Part shown: positions 12,612 through 21,858 of the stretch, piece after piece
Layout of the letters: every line of letters begins with the position of its first letter
How positions within the stretch are numbered: position 1 is the stretch's first letter
The notes under the pieces: model-generated
What the model saw: the letters and a program-made list of their open reading frames with translations, nothing else
Databases searched by the model: none
What the model was told of the DNA's origin: nothing
Assembly: GCA_046046825.1 (NCBI GenBank)
Contig: JBJOJC010000129.1
Coordinates: forward strand, 1 to 36,981
Origin: Actinomycetota bacterium
GTDB taxonomy: Bacteria > Actinomycetota > Actinomycetes > Actinomycetales > Microbacteriaceae
DNA length: 36,981 bases
Direction of reading: 5' to 3'
Program-made: the position numbers and the translations under genes

Positions 12612-12869
12612 TTGGACGCAATTCGTACCGCACTGCAGGTGCTTCTATTCATCATCAGCCTGCTCTTGACTCTGCTGATTTTGCTCCACAAGGGTCGCGG
12701 TGGTGGCCTATCCGACATGTTCGGTGGTGGCGTTACGTCGACCATGCAGTCATCCGGTGTGGCTGAGAGAAACCTTAACCGAATCACCATCATCCTTGGT
12801 GTGGTCTGGGTTGTAATCATTGTCGCTTTAGGACTCTTCGCCCGCTTTAGCGTGGTGGCTACTGCTTAG
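12612..12869 (+). CDS. secG: Preprotein translocase subunit SecG
   Basis: Two hydrophobic helices flanking LLHKGRGGGLSDMFGGG and ERNLNRIT; follows tpiA; SD AGGAG. Confidence 0.96.
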   Translation: MDAIRTALQVLLFIISLLLTLLILLHKGRGGGLSDMFGGGVTSTMQSSGVAERNLNRITIILGVVWVVIIVALGLFARFSVVATA

Positions 12870-13588
12870 CAGCCCCAAACAAGATTTCCGGCGGTCTGGT
12901 CAACGTACCAGACCGTCTTTTCTTTGCCCCGAATTCGACCCACTGGTAGCGATTCTGGGTTTTCTCCGAAGGCAACCGAAACTGCCTCTGCTTTGTCTGC
13001 TCCAGCTACGGTGAACCAAATTTCTCTGGACTGGTTGATGGCTTTGTATGAAAAGGAGAGTCGTTGACTTGGTGGCTTAGGAGAGTCGGTCTCCGCAATC
13101 ACCGTGTTTTGGGCCTCGCCCTCAGAGTGACCGGGGAAGAGGCTGGCAATGTGCCCGTCTGGACCCATACCCATGAGCATTAGATCAAATGTAATGCCGG
13201 CCCCATCGAATACCGCTTCGAAGAAAGCGGCCGCGTCCGAGACCGAGAGGCCAGAATCGGTACTGGGAAATTCGTGCACATTCATTACGGGAATGTTCAA
13301 CTTGCGAAGCCAGGCATTGGTGGCTTGAACTGCGTTTCGATCTGCACTAGTTGATTCAACAAAGCGCTCATCTCCCCACCAAATGTGCAATCGGGACAAA
13401 TCGAGATCACTGAAACCGAGATTGCTGGCCGCTGCAAGTGTTGCAATACCAACGGTTCCGCCGGTTACAGCAACGTGGACCTCTGATTGCGATTTGAGAT
13501 TCGATTCAACGAACTCGAAGAGATCGGCTGCTGCAGCCTCGGCAACAGCATGGCTATCGCGAAATCGGTTTACGAGCGGGCGTACCAC
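12866..13588 (-). CDS. pgl: 6-phosphogluconolactonase
   Basis: TGGTVG, WWGDERFV, GMGPDGHIASLFP, SPKPP..R, GADKA; last gene of the tkt-tal-pgi-zwf-opcA operon. Confidence 0.96.
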   Translation of the reverse strand: MVRPLVNRFRDSHAVAEAAAADLFEFVESNLKSQSEVHVAVTGGTVGIATLAAASNLGFSDLDLSRLHIWWGDERFVESTSADRNAVQATNAWLRKLNIPVMNVHEFPSTDSGLSVSDAAAFFEAVFDGAGITFDLMLMGMGPDGHIASLFPGHSEGEAQNTVIAETDSPKPPSQRLSFSYKAINQSREIWFTVAGADKAEAVSVAFGENPESLPVGRIRGKEKTVWYVDQTAGNLVWGC

Positions 13589-14487
13589 TTGATTACCTTG
13601 CCAAATAGTTCGTCTGGGTCCAAACGTCTTAGATCTTCGCTCAGGCAGTCGCGATCGCTTCGACGGGGTAGCGAAATCTCTCGAGTTGGTTGCGTTGGTT
13701 GAATCAGAGTTGCTACGTCTGGGACTCGTCGAACAATTTCGATGTTTCCCGATTTTCTAATCAGCTTGACACCCTTGATCCCGCTAACCGACTTTCCGCG
13801 AGGCTGGCGAACAATCTTCACGTCTAGTTTGAGCTTCAAACCTAGCCAGGAGGCCAGTAGATCGGTACTAGGTGAATCAGGCGCACCAGTTACTTCAACG
13901 GCCGTAACAGCGTCGTACGGTGGCTGATCGAGAATTGCCGCTAGCTGGGCACGCCAGAGAGTAAGCCTTGTCCATGCGAAGTCGCTATCTCCGGGTGCAT
14001 AGCCCTTAGCTAATTGACGCAAGAAAGCATGCGGGTCTTTTTGAACCGCGGCGTCGGTAATTCGACGAGTAGCGATTCGTCCGATTGCGGAGGTCGCCAG
14101 CTTGAGTGGAGCTGAGCTTGGCCACCAGGCAACGACCGGTGCGTCTGGAAGCAATAGACCAGTGACTAGCAATTCTGGATCGGACGCAGCTTCGCCCCAG
14201 GCTTTCAGTACAACTACTTCCGATGCTCCGGCATCTCCACCAACACGAATTTCTGCGTCAAGTTTGGCTACCTTGGAAGAACCAACCTCGGCAAGAACCA
14301 GAATGCGGCAAGGGTGTTCACGAGAAGACTCGTTGGCGGATTTGATTGCGGCTTCCAAACCTTTTTCATTTGTCTGAATAACCAGAGTGAGAACGCGACC
14401 AAGAGCTACTGCTCCGCCCTGCTCGCGAAGTTGAACCAGTGCCTTGGAAACCTTGCTGATGGTTGTGTCTTTAAGTTCAACGATCAT
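13570..14487 (-). CDS. opcA: Glucose-6-phosphate dehydrogenase assembly protein OpcA
   Basis: MIVELKDTT, ALGRVLTLV, SREHPCR, LLLPDAPVVAWWP, YAPGDSDFAWTRLT, LSEDLRRLDPD. Start set at ATG 14487, which forms an ATGA overlap with the zwf stop. Confidence 0.95.
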   Translation of the reverse strand: MIVELKDTTISKVSKALVQLREQGGAVALGRVLTLVIQTNEKGLEAAIKSANESSREHPCRILVLAEVGSSKVAKLDAEIRVGGDAGASEVVVLKAWGEAASDPELLVTGLLLPDAPVVAWWPSSAPLKLATSAIGRIATRRITDAAVQKDPHAFLRQLAKGYAPGDSDFAWTRLTLWRAQLAAILDQPPYDAVTAVEVTGAPDSPSTDLLASWLGLKLKLDVKIVRQPRGKSVSGIKGVKLIRKSGNIEIVRRVPDVATLIQPTQPTREISLPRRSDRDCLSEDLRRLDPDELFGKVIKWYARS

Positions 14488-16025
14488 GGACGTCGCCACG
14501 CCCTTCCGTCTTGTTCCAGCATTCGGTCAGCCGAAGCCGGACCCCATGTTCCCGGGCGGTATTGCTCCGGTTGACCCTGCTTCTCCCAGAACTGTTCAAT
14601 TGGGTCGAGAATCTTCCAAGAAAGTTCCACTTCTTCATGACGTGGGAACAGGGGAGGGTCACCCAGTAGAACATCGAGGATTAGACGCTCATAGGCCTCT
14701 GGGCTGGCCTCTGTGAATGCGTGGCCGTAGCCGAAGTCCATGGTTACATCTCGTACCTGCATACCAACACCAGGAACCTTGGAACCGAACCGAATGGTCA
14801 CACCCTCGTCTGGCTGGACGCGAATTACCAGTGCGTTCTGGCCGAGTTCAGATGTTTGATCAGCAGCAAAGAGTTGCTGAGGTGCACGCTTAAAAACAAC
14901 GGCGATTTCAGTAACTCGTCGTCCAAGTCTCTTGCCAGCCCTTAGGTAAAACGGAACGCCAGCCCAGCGACGGGTATTGATGTCGAGTCGCATGGCGGCA
15001 TAGGTCTCGGTAACCGATTTCGGGTTCATACCCTCTTCGTCAAGGAAGCCTAGAACTTCCTCTCCGCCTTGCCAACCACCGGCATACTGACCTCTTGCGG
15101 TGTGCTTGGACAAGTCCTTTGGAAGGCGAACCGCCTTCAAAACCTTCTCTTTTTCATTGCGAAGGTCAGCTGCGTCGAAAGACACTGGTTCTTCCATGGC
15201 GGTTAGAGCGAGCAGTTGCAACAGGTGGTTTTGAATTACGTCTCGCGCGGCCCCGATGCCATCGTAGTAACCGGCACGGCCACCAACACCAATGTCTTCT
15301 GCCATTGTGATTTGAACGTGGTCGATATAGTTCTTGTTCCAGAGTGGCTCGAAAAGTTGGTTCGCAAAGCGAAGGGCAAGGATGTTCTGGACCGTTTCCT
15401 TACCGAGGTAGTGATCAATGCGGAAGATCGAATCAGCAGGAAACACCGACTCAACTACACCGTTTAGTTCACGAGCCGATTTCAAGTCACTGCCGAATGG
15501 TTTTTCAATAACTACTCGACGGAACTGGTCAGGCTTTGGGTCGGCTAGCCCGCTTCTGCTCAACTGGCGACAGACAAGTGGGAATGCCTTAGGCGGAATT
15601 GAAAGGTAGAAAGCATGGTTACCGTTGGTGCCGCGCTTCGTGTCTAGCTCTTCGATTGTTGACTTAAGGCGATCAAACGCTTGGTCGTCATCAAAGTCTC
15701 CCTGAACAAAACGAATACCCTCTGACAGTTGTTGCCAAACCTCTTCGTTGAACGGCGTGCGCGAATACTGCTTCACCGAGTCGTGAACAACCTGCGCAAA
15801 GTCCTGATTTTCCCATTCGCGTCTTGCGAAACCGACCAGTGCGAATCCTGGTGGCAGTAATCCACGGTTGGCCAAGTCGTAAACCGCAGGCATCAATTTC
15901 TTGCGACTCAGATCACCGGTAACTCCGAAAATCACCAGGGAACTTGGTCCTGCGATTCTATTCAGTCGTCTGTCATCTGGATCTCTGAGCGGGTTGTTGC
16001 CCGCACTCAGCTTTGCTGGACTCAT
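14484..16025 (-). CDS. zwf: Glucose-6-phosphate 1-dehydrogenase
   Basis: GVTGDLSRKK, EKPFG, RIDHYLGKE, RWAGVPFYLRAGK, EAYERL. Confidence 0.99.
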   Translation of the reverse strand: MSPAKLSAGNNPLRDPDDRRLNRIAGPSSLVIFGVTGDLSRKKLMPAVYDLANRGLLPPGFALVGFARREWENQDFAQVVHDSVKQYSRTPFNEEVWQQLSEGIRFVQGDFDDDQAFDRLKSTIEELDTKRGTNGNHAFYLSIPPKAFPLVCRQLSRSGLADPKPDQFRRVVIEKPFGSDLKSARELNGVVESVFPADSIFRIDHYLGKETVQNILALRFANQLFEPLWNKNYIDHVQITMAEDIGVGGRAGYYDGIGAARDVIQNHLLQLLALTAMEEPVSFDAADLRNEKEKVLKAVRLPKDLSKHTARGQYAGGWQGGEEVLGFLDEEGMNPKSVTETYAAMRLDINTRRWAGVPFYLRAGKRLGRRVTEIAVVFKRAPQQLFAADQTSELGQNALVIRVQPDEGVTIRFGSKVPGVGMQVRDVTMDFGYGHAFTEASPEAYERLILDVLLGDPPLFPRHEEVELSWKILDPIEQFWEKQGQPEQYRPGTWGPASADRMLEQDGRAWRRP

Positions 16026-16029
16026 AAAT

Positions 16030-17625
16030 TTAGATGCTTTCGCTGATTAGTTTTAGGCCTGCGGGTACGTCGGAAAGGGTCAAGGTAAGCACCGGGCGTC
16101 CATGGTCAGCGAGCACCTTGGCATCACCAGAAGCCTGTGAGGCAATCAGTTCACCTAGAGTAAAGTCTCTGCCAGGAACGGCAAGGTCAACTGAGGCTCT
16201 GGAAACAATCTGAAGGTAAACACCTTGGCCTGGTCCGCCCTTGTGGTACTGCCCAGTTGAGTGGAGGAATCTAGGCGCCCAGCCAAACGTGGTTGGGCGC
16301 GAGGTGACTTCCGCTAGCAGGTCACGAAGATTTGCTGCCTCTGGAACACCCTCACGGTCGAGATAGGCGTGAACAGAAAGGTAACCATTATCGGCAAGTC
16401 GCGAAAGCAGGGATTTTAGTGCCGCGTCAATTGACTTCGCGTCGCCTAGTTCGAACCCATGTGCTCTAACTTCAATGCCTGCGTCGATGAAGTCTGGCTC
16501 CGACTCCGCCGTGCGGCTTTCCAACATTCCTCGAGCTGCAATCTTCGCTGACTCGACATCAGGCTGATCGAAAGGATTGATCCCAATCAATCGAGAGGCT
16601 ACCACGGTTGCATACTCCCAAAGCATGAACTGTGCGCCTAATGTTCCCGACACTGATACCTCGTTCGGGGCACTTTCAGTTGCCTCGGCGACCACGCGAA
16701 CAACGAGTTCGTCGCTTGCCTTAGTGTTCAGTTCGTCAGCGCTCTTGCCGACCACAACTGGCAAGATTCCCTTGCCAAGCTTTCCGGTTGATTCTGCAAT
16801 AAGCTGCTCTGCCCAGTCTCCAAAACCCTTAATGTGGGTTCCGTCCTCAAGGATGACAATCTTGTCGGCGAATGACTCGTGGTGCCTGGTCTTAGCCAAA
16901 GCAGAACCGAGGATCAGCCCAGGGTTATCGGCACTATCGATTTCCAAAACCGCGGCTGCCTGGGCGGCGTCTCGGAGTAACTCTTCGATGTTTGCACCGG
17001 CGAGTCCAGATGGAACCAGGCCAAATGCGGTTAGTGCCGAATAGCGACCGCCAACGGTTGGGTCGGCGTTGAAGATTTTGTACCCATCAGCCTTCGCCGC
17101 AGCTTCCATCGGTGATCCAGGGTCAGTAACGATAACAATGCGCTCGGTCTTATCGATTCCAGCCTTGATGAAGGCGTCCTCGAAAAGGCGTTTCTGAGAA
17201 TCGGTTTCTACAGTTGAACCCGACTTCGACGAAACGATGACTGCGGTTTTTGAGAGATCGCCCTGCAGCGCGGCCCCAACTTGCTCAGGATTTGTGGAGT
17301 CTAAAACCACTAGAGAAACGCCTGCAGTTTTCGTGATAACTTCTGGGGCTAGAGACGAGCCGCCCATTCCACAAAGTACAAATCTATCTACACCAGCGGC
17401 GTTGAATTTGGCCTTCAACTCCAAGATGTCGTTGATTAGCGAAGCGGAGTCAGTAGCCGAAGTAACCCAACCTAGGCGAATCGAACTTTCCGCCTCAGCA
17501 TCTTTACCCCAGAGGGTGAAGTCTTTCGCTGCAATACGGCTGGCAACTCGGTCGGAGACCAAGATAGGGATGAATTCCTCAACCGCAACGGCTGAAGTGC
17601 CGTTTGTGGAAACCAAAAGCGACAT
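16030..17625 (-). CDS. pgi: Glucose-6-phosphate isomerase (type found next to or fused with Tal)
   Basis: GMGGSSL, SSKSGST.ET, VTDPGS, VGGRYSAL, QLIAESTGK, INPFDQPDVESAK, PRFLHSTGQYHKGG. Confidence 0.95.
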   Translation of the reverse strand: MSLLVSTNGTSAVAVEEFIPILVSDRVASRIAAKDFTLWGKDAEAESSIRLGWVTSATDSASLINDILELKAKFNAAGVDRFVLCGMGGSSLAPEVITKTAGVSLVVLDSTNPEQVGAALQGDLSKTAVIVSSKSGSTVETDSQKRLFEDAFIKAGIDKTERIVIVTDPGSPMEAAAKADGYKIFNADPTVGGRYSALTAFGLVPSGLAGANIEELLRDAAQAAAVLEIDSADNPGLILGSALAKTRHHESFADKIVILEDGTHIKGFGDWAEQLIAESTGKLGKGILPVVVGKSADELNTKASDELVVRVVAEATESAPNEVSVSGTLGAQFMLWEYATVVASRLIGINPFDQPDVESAKIAARGMLESRTAESEPDFIDAGIEVRAHGFELGDAKSIDAALKSLLSRLADNGYLSVHAYLDREGVPEAANLRDLLAEVTSRPTTFGWAPRFLHSTGQYHKGGPGQGVYLQIVSRASVDLAVPGRDFTLGELIASQASGDAKVLADHGRPVLTLTLSDVPAGLKLISESI

Positions 17626-18731
17626 TATTTTGCCCCTGCAAGCGCGTTGGTAATGCTTTCAACCAGTTCGTTCCAGGAGATGATGAATTTCTCAACACCT
17701 TCGCGTTCTAGTAATTCAGTGACTTCAGAAACACTTACTCCAACGGATTCCACCTGAGCAAGTACTGCTTCCGATTCGCCGTAGTGAGCCGAAATCGAGT
17801 TTTCAGGAACAATTCCGTGATCGAAAACCGCTTCCATTGTTTTCTCCGGCATGGTGTTTACCAGCATCGGGGCAACCAATTCGGTTACATAAAGCGTGTC
17901 GGAGAGGTTTGGGTCTTTCACGCCAGTCGATGCCATCAGCGGTCGTTGTTTGTTCGCTCCGGCTGCTTCTAGCTCTTTCCAAAGTTCGGTTTCAAACTCT
18001 TCTTGAAATACTCGGTATGCCAGACGTGCATTGGCTAGAGCAGCTTTACTCTTCAGTGCAAGCGCGGTCTCGGTTCCGATTTCAACCAAGCGCTTGTCGA
18101 TTTCAGTGTCGACACGAGAGACGAAGAAAGAGGCCACCGAGTGAATCTTCGAAACATCGATTCCGGCGGATTTTGCCTTTGAGACACCAGCGATATAAGC
18201 AGCAATAACTTCGCGGTAGCGCTCAAGCGAGAAAATGAGCGTCACGTTGACGCTGATACCTAGGGCGATAACTTCGGTGATAGCGGTCAAGCCCTCGCGA
18301 GTTGCAGGAATCTTGATCATGACATTCTCGCGATTTACCTTTGCGAAGAGCTCTCTGGCCTGAGCCACAGTCTGACTAGCGTCGTGAGCGAGACCTGGTT
18401 CTACTTCAATCGAAACTCGGCCATCAAAGCCAGCCGATGCCTCGTACACACCCTTGAATATGTCGCAGGCATTCGCCACATCGACAGTGGTGATTTCGAA
18501 GATAGCCTCAGAAGCAGACTTACCCTGTGATGCTAGCTCAGCGACCTGAGGGCCGTATCCCTCTCCCTTGCCAAGCGCTCCGGCAAAAATGGTTGGGTTG
18601 GTGGTCACCCCAGAAACAGAACGACTCGAGATTAGCGACTCTAAGTTTCCGGACTCAATGCGAGAGCGTGAAAGGTCGTCGAGCCAAATGCTGACACCGT
18701 TTGTTGCTAGTTGTGCGAGTGGGCTAGTCAT
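17625..18731 (-). CDS. tal: Transaldolase (long actinobacterial type)
   Basis: [53 protein letters not shown]. Confidence 0.98.
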   Translation of the reverse strand: MTSPLAQLATNGVSIWLDDLSRSRIESGNLESLISSRSVSGVTTNPTIFAGALGKGEGYGPQVAELASQGKSASEAIFEITTVDVANACDIFKGVYEASAGFDGRVSIEVEPGLAHDASQTVAQARELFAKVNRENVMIKIPATREGLTAITEVIALGISVNVTLIFSLERYREVIAAYIAGVSKAKSAGIDVSKIHSVASFFVSRVDTEIDKRLVEIGTETALALKSKAALANARLAYRVFQEEFETELWKELEAAGANKQRPLMASTGVKDPNLSDTLYVTELVAPMLVNTMPEKTMEAVFDHGIVPENSISAHYGESEAVLAQVESVGVSVSEVTELLEREGVEKFIISWNELVESITNALAGAK

Positions 18732-18740
18732 GATTCTTAC

Positions 18741-20834
18741 CTAGGCTTTCTTGATGCTTGATTTGGCGGCAGCAACGACGTTTTCAACGGTCATGCCGAA
18801 TTCACGGAACAGAGTCTTGTAGTCAGCCGAAGCACCGAAGTGCTCAATTGAGACAGTCTCACCAAACGGGCCCACGTACTTGTGCCAACCAAGGTTCAGT
18901 CCGGCCTCAACCGAGACTCTGGCCTTTACGTTTGCTGGAAGAACAGTTGACCGGTAGCTTTCTGGTTGCTCATCGAACCATTCGAGGCAAGGTGCTGATA
19001 CAACTCGAGTTGAGACTCCGCTGGCTTCTAACTGAAGGCGTGCTTCAACCGCAAGCTGCAGCTCAGAACCGGTTGCAATCAAGATAACCTTTGGCTTGCC
19101 ATTGGAGCCATCTACGAGCGTATAAGCGCCTTTCAGCGTGTTCTCTGCTCCTGCGACCAATGTGCCTGTGGAATCCTTTTCACCACGAGTAATTACCGGA
19201 ATGTTTTGACGGCTAAGAGCGATACCTGAAGGACCATCGACGTGCTCCAACATACCAGTCCAGGCGTATGCGGTCTCATTGGCATCACCAGGGCGAACAA
19301 TTGCAAGATTTGGAATGGCTCGCAAGGTAGCAAGCTGTTCAATTGGCTGGTGAGTTGGGCCATCTTCTCCAAGTGCCACTGAATCATGCGTCCAGACAAA
19401 GATCGAAGGAACTCCCATTAGAGCCGCGAGACGAACTGCTGGGCGCATATAATCGCTGAAGATGAGGAAAGTTCCACCAAACGGACGAGTGTGACCACTG
19501 AGAGTTATACCGTTGAGAATCGCGCCCATGGCATGTTCACGAATTCCAAAGTGAAGAACACGACCGTACTGGTCTCCCGACCATTCGTGAGTTGACCATT
19601 CCGAAGGAATGAATGACTTCGCGCCTGCGATGGTGGTTAGGTTGGATTCAGCCAAATCGGCAGAACCACCCCAAAGCTCGGGCATTACCGGAGCGATAGC
19701 GTTGATTACTTTGCCAGATGCCGCACGAGTGGATACCTCAGTGCCGCCATCGAATACCGGAAGCGAATCAACAAGCCCTTGGGGGAGAGAACCTGAAACC
19801 AAACGATCCAGGAGTTTCTTCTTGTCGGCGTTCTCTGAGGCCCAAGCATCGAATGAAGCCTCCCAAACCTTGCGGTTTTCAGTTGCAAAGTTCTGATATC
19901 CGCGAGTGTGTGCGAGAACCTCGTCGGAAACTTCGAACGTAAGCTCTGGGTCGAAACCGAGCACCGTCTTTAGGCCTGCAAGCTCTTCCGCGCCAAGCGC
20001 TGAACCATGAATTTTTCCAGAGTTCTGCTTTTTCGGTGAAGGCCAGCCAATGATGGTACGAAGACGAATGAGTGAAGGCTTGTCCGTGGTTGCCTTTGCC
20101 TTCTGAATGGCGTTGTAGAGCTCTTCAATGTCTTCCGCGTAGTCGCCGGTCTTTCTCCAGTCAACTGTCTGCGTGTGCCATCCGTAGGAGTCGTAGCGGT
20201 CAATGATGTTTTCGGTGAATGAAATGTCGGTGTCATCTTCGATAGAAATCTGGTTGCTGTCATAGATGACAACTAGATTGCCCAGTTTCTGATGACCGGC
20301 AAGCGATGCCGCCTCAGAGGTAACGCCTTCCTGCATGTCTCCGTCGCCGGCAATGACGTAGACGAAGTGGTCGAAAGGAGATGAGCCAAGCGGGGCAGAA
20401 GGGTCGAATAGGCCGCGTTCATACCTTGCTGAGTATGCGAATCCGGTTGCCGATGCCAAACCTTGGCCCAGCGGTCCGGTAGTGATCTCAACACCCTTGG
20501 TGTGCTTGTATTCAGGGTGTCCTGGTGTCTTTGATCCCCAGGTTCGAAGAGCCTTCAGGTCTTCTAATTCCAGACCGTAACCGTGTAGAAAAAGCTGGTT
20601 GTAAAGGGTAAGTGATGAGTGGCCAACACTCAGGATGAAACGGTCGCGGCCGATCCAGCGGTCGTCACTCGGGTCGTGACGCATGACCTTGTTGAAGAGA
20701 AGATACGCAACAGGCGCAAGCGAGATGGCGGTTCCTGGATGCCCGTTGCCAACCTTTTCAACTGCATCAGCCGCAAGAACGCGAGCTGTATCGACGGCTT
20801 TGGAGTCTAGATCGGACCATTGGAATGCTGACAC
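18741..20834 (-). CDS. tkt: Transketolase
   Basis: GHPG, DRFILSVGH, TPGHPE, TTGPLGQG, GDGDMQEG (ThDP motif), HFGIREHAM, THDSVALGEDGPTHQP; GTG start with AAGGAG SD. Confidence 0.99.
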   Translation of the reverse strand: MSAFQWSDLDSKAVDTARVLAADAVEKVGNGHPGTAISLAPVAYLLFNKVMRHDPSDDRWIGRDRFILSVGHSSLTLYNQLFLHGYGLELEDLKALRTWGSKTPGHPEYKHTKGVEITTGPLGQGLASATGFAYSARYERGLFDPSAPLGSSPFDHFVYVIAGDGDMQEGVTSEAASLAGHQKLGNLVVIYDSNQISIEDDTDISFTENIIDRYDSYGWHTQTVDWRKTGDYAEDIEELYNAIQKAKATTDKPSLIRLRTIIGWPSPKKQNSGKIHGSALGAEELAGLKTVLGFDPELTFEVSDEVLAHTRGYQNFATENRKVWEASFDAWASENADKKKLLDRLVSGSLPQGLVDSLPVFDGGTEVSTRAASGKVINAIAPVMPELWGGSADLAESNLTTIAGAKSFIPSEWSTHEWSGDQYGRVLHFGIREHAMGAILNGITLSGHTRPFGGTFLIFSDYMRPAVRLAALMGVPSIFVWTHDSVALGEDGPTHQPIEQLATLRAIPNLAIVRPGDANETAYAWTGMLEHVDGPSGIALSRQNIPVITRGEKDSTGTLVAGAENTLKGAYTLVDGSNGKPKVILIATGSELQLAVEARLQLEASGVSTRVVSAPCLEWFDEQPESYRSTVLPANVKARVSVEAGLNLGWHKYVGPFGETVSIEHFGASADYKTLFREFGMTVENVVAAAKSSIKKA

Positions 20835-20934
20835 AGCGACTCCTTGAAATTAAGTTGAATGCATTGCATTCGCCGGATATTTGGGGCTTCGTCGCCGTTT
20901 AGAACAGCGAAAAACGCTTCTTGTTCTTTTGAAA

Positions 20935-20962
20935 AGTCTACTACCGAGCGTGCCTGTAAACT
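20935..20962. promoter_or_regulatory. Back-to-back -10 elements: TAGACT on the minus strand (20935-20940, tkt operon) and TAAACT on the plus strand (20957-20962, leaderless ctaB)
   Basis: Two TAnnnT hexamers 16 bp apart facing outward; the plus-strand one lies 5 nt before GTG 20968 and 8 nt before ATG 20971. Confidence 0.5.
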
Positions 20963-20970
20963 CGTTGGTG

Positions 20971-21858
20971 ATGTCCAAACTACGCGCCTATGTCGCACTC
21001 ACTAAGCCACGAGTTATCGAGTTGCTTCTCGTAACTACCGTTCCTGCGATGATTCTGGCGAACGCTCCTCACGGATTCCCCGACATTTTTCTGGTCATCA
21101 ATGTTCTTATCGGTGGCGCGTTATCAGCAGGCAGCGCCAACTCATTTAACTGTTACATCGATGCCGACATCGACAAAATCATGGGCAGAACCAAAAACCG
21201 CCCACTAGTAACCGGCGAGCTTTCGAAGAGGGAAGCCCTGAGTTTTGCCTACGTCACGGCTTTCGCCTCTTCGGCATTTCTCTGGGCAACAGCAGGGTGG
21301 CTTTCGTCGATGCTTTCGCTAGCCGCAATTCTTTTTTACGTTCTTATTTACACTTTGCTTCTAAAGCGCAAGACACCACAAAACATTGTTTGGGGAGGCG
21401 CGGCCGGCGCTATGCCGGTACTAATTGGTTGGGCCGCTGTGACCGGAGACCTATCGGTTTCCGCTTGGCTACTTTTCCTAATCATTTTTCTTTGGACTCC
21501 TCCGCACTATTGGCCACTTTCGATGAAGTACCGCGACGATTACGCTGCAGCCGGAGTCCCGATGCTTCCAGTGGTAAGGAATCCAAAGGTTGTTGGTGCC
21601 CAGATTCTGCTTTACACCTGGGCGATGGTAGTGAGTTCACTGCTTTTGATTCCGGCTTCAAACATGGGCATTATTTACGCCCTTACCGCTGCGGCGTTTG
21701 GGATTTGGTTCACGGTTGAGGCGACCATTCTCTACAGACAATCGCAAGTCGGAACGCCAACTTCTCCAATGCGACTATTTCACGGGTCGATTAGTTACCT
21801 GACAGTTCTATTCCTAGCAGTGGCTGTCGATCCACTAGTTCACATTGCAATTTTCTAA
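20971..21858 (+). CDS. ctaB: Heme o synthase (protoheme IX farnesyltransferase)
   Basis: LTKPRVIELL, N.YID.DID..M.RT..RPL, YT..LKR.TPQNIVWGG.AG, FLWTPPHYW, DY..AGVPMLP. Start probably ATG 20971 (or GTG 20968), not 20881. Confidence 0.96.
   Translation: MSKLRAYVALTKPRVIELLLVTTVPAMILANAPHGFPDIFLVINVLIGGALSAGSANSFNCYIDADIDKIMGRTKNRPLVTGELSKREALSFAYVTAFASSAFLWATAGWLSSMLSLAAILFYVLIYTLLLKRKTPQNIVWGGAAGAMPVLIGWAAVTGDLSVSAWLLFLIIFLWTPPHYWPLSMKYRDDYAAAGVPMLPVVRNPKVVGAQILLYTWAMVVSSLLLIPASNMGIIYALTAAAFGIWFTVEATILYRQSQVGTPTSPMRLFHGSISYLTVLFLAVAVDPLVHIAIF

Noticed and set aside
16577-17044. 155-aa ORF antisense to pgi (and similar 130-170 aa shadow ORFs at 17237, 27247 and 33898)
   Set aside because: They lie wholly opposite well-conserved genes, have Ser/Thr/Arg-biased composition typical of antisense frames, and show no motifs or RBS.
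20881-20967. N-terminal extension of ctaB in the ORF track
   Set aside because: No family similarity; it covers the divergent promoters. Homology starts near MSKLRAY at 20971.
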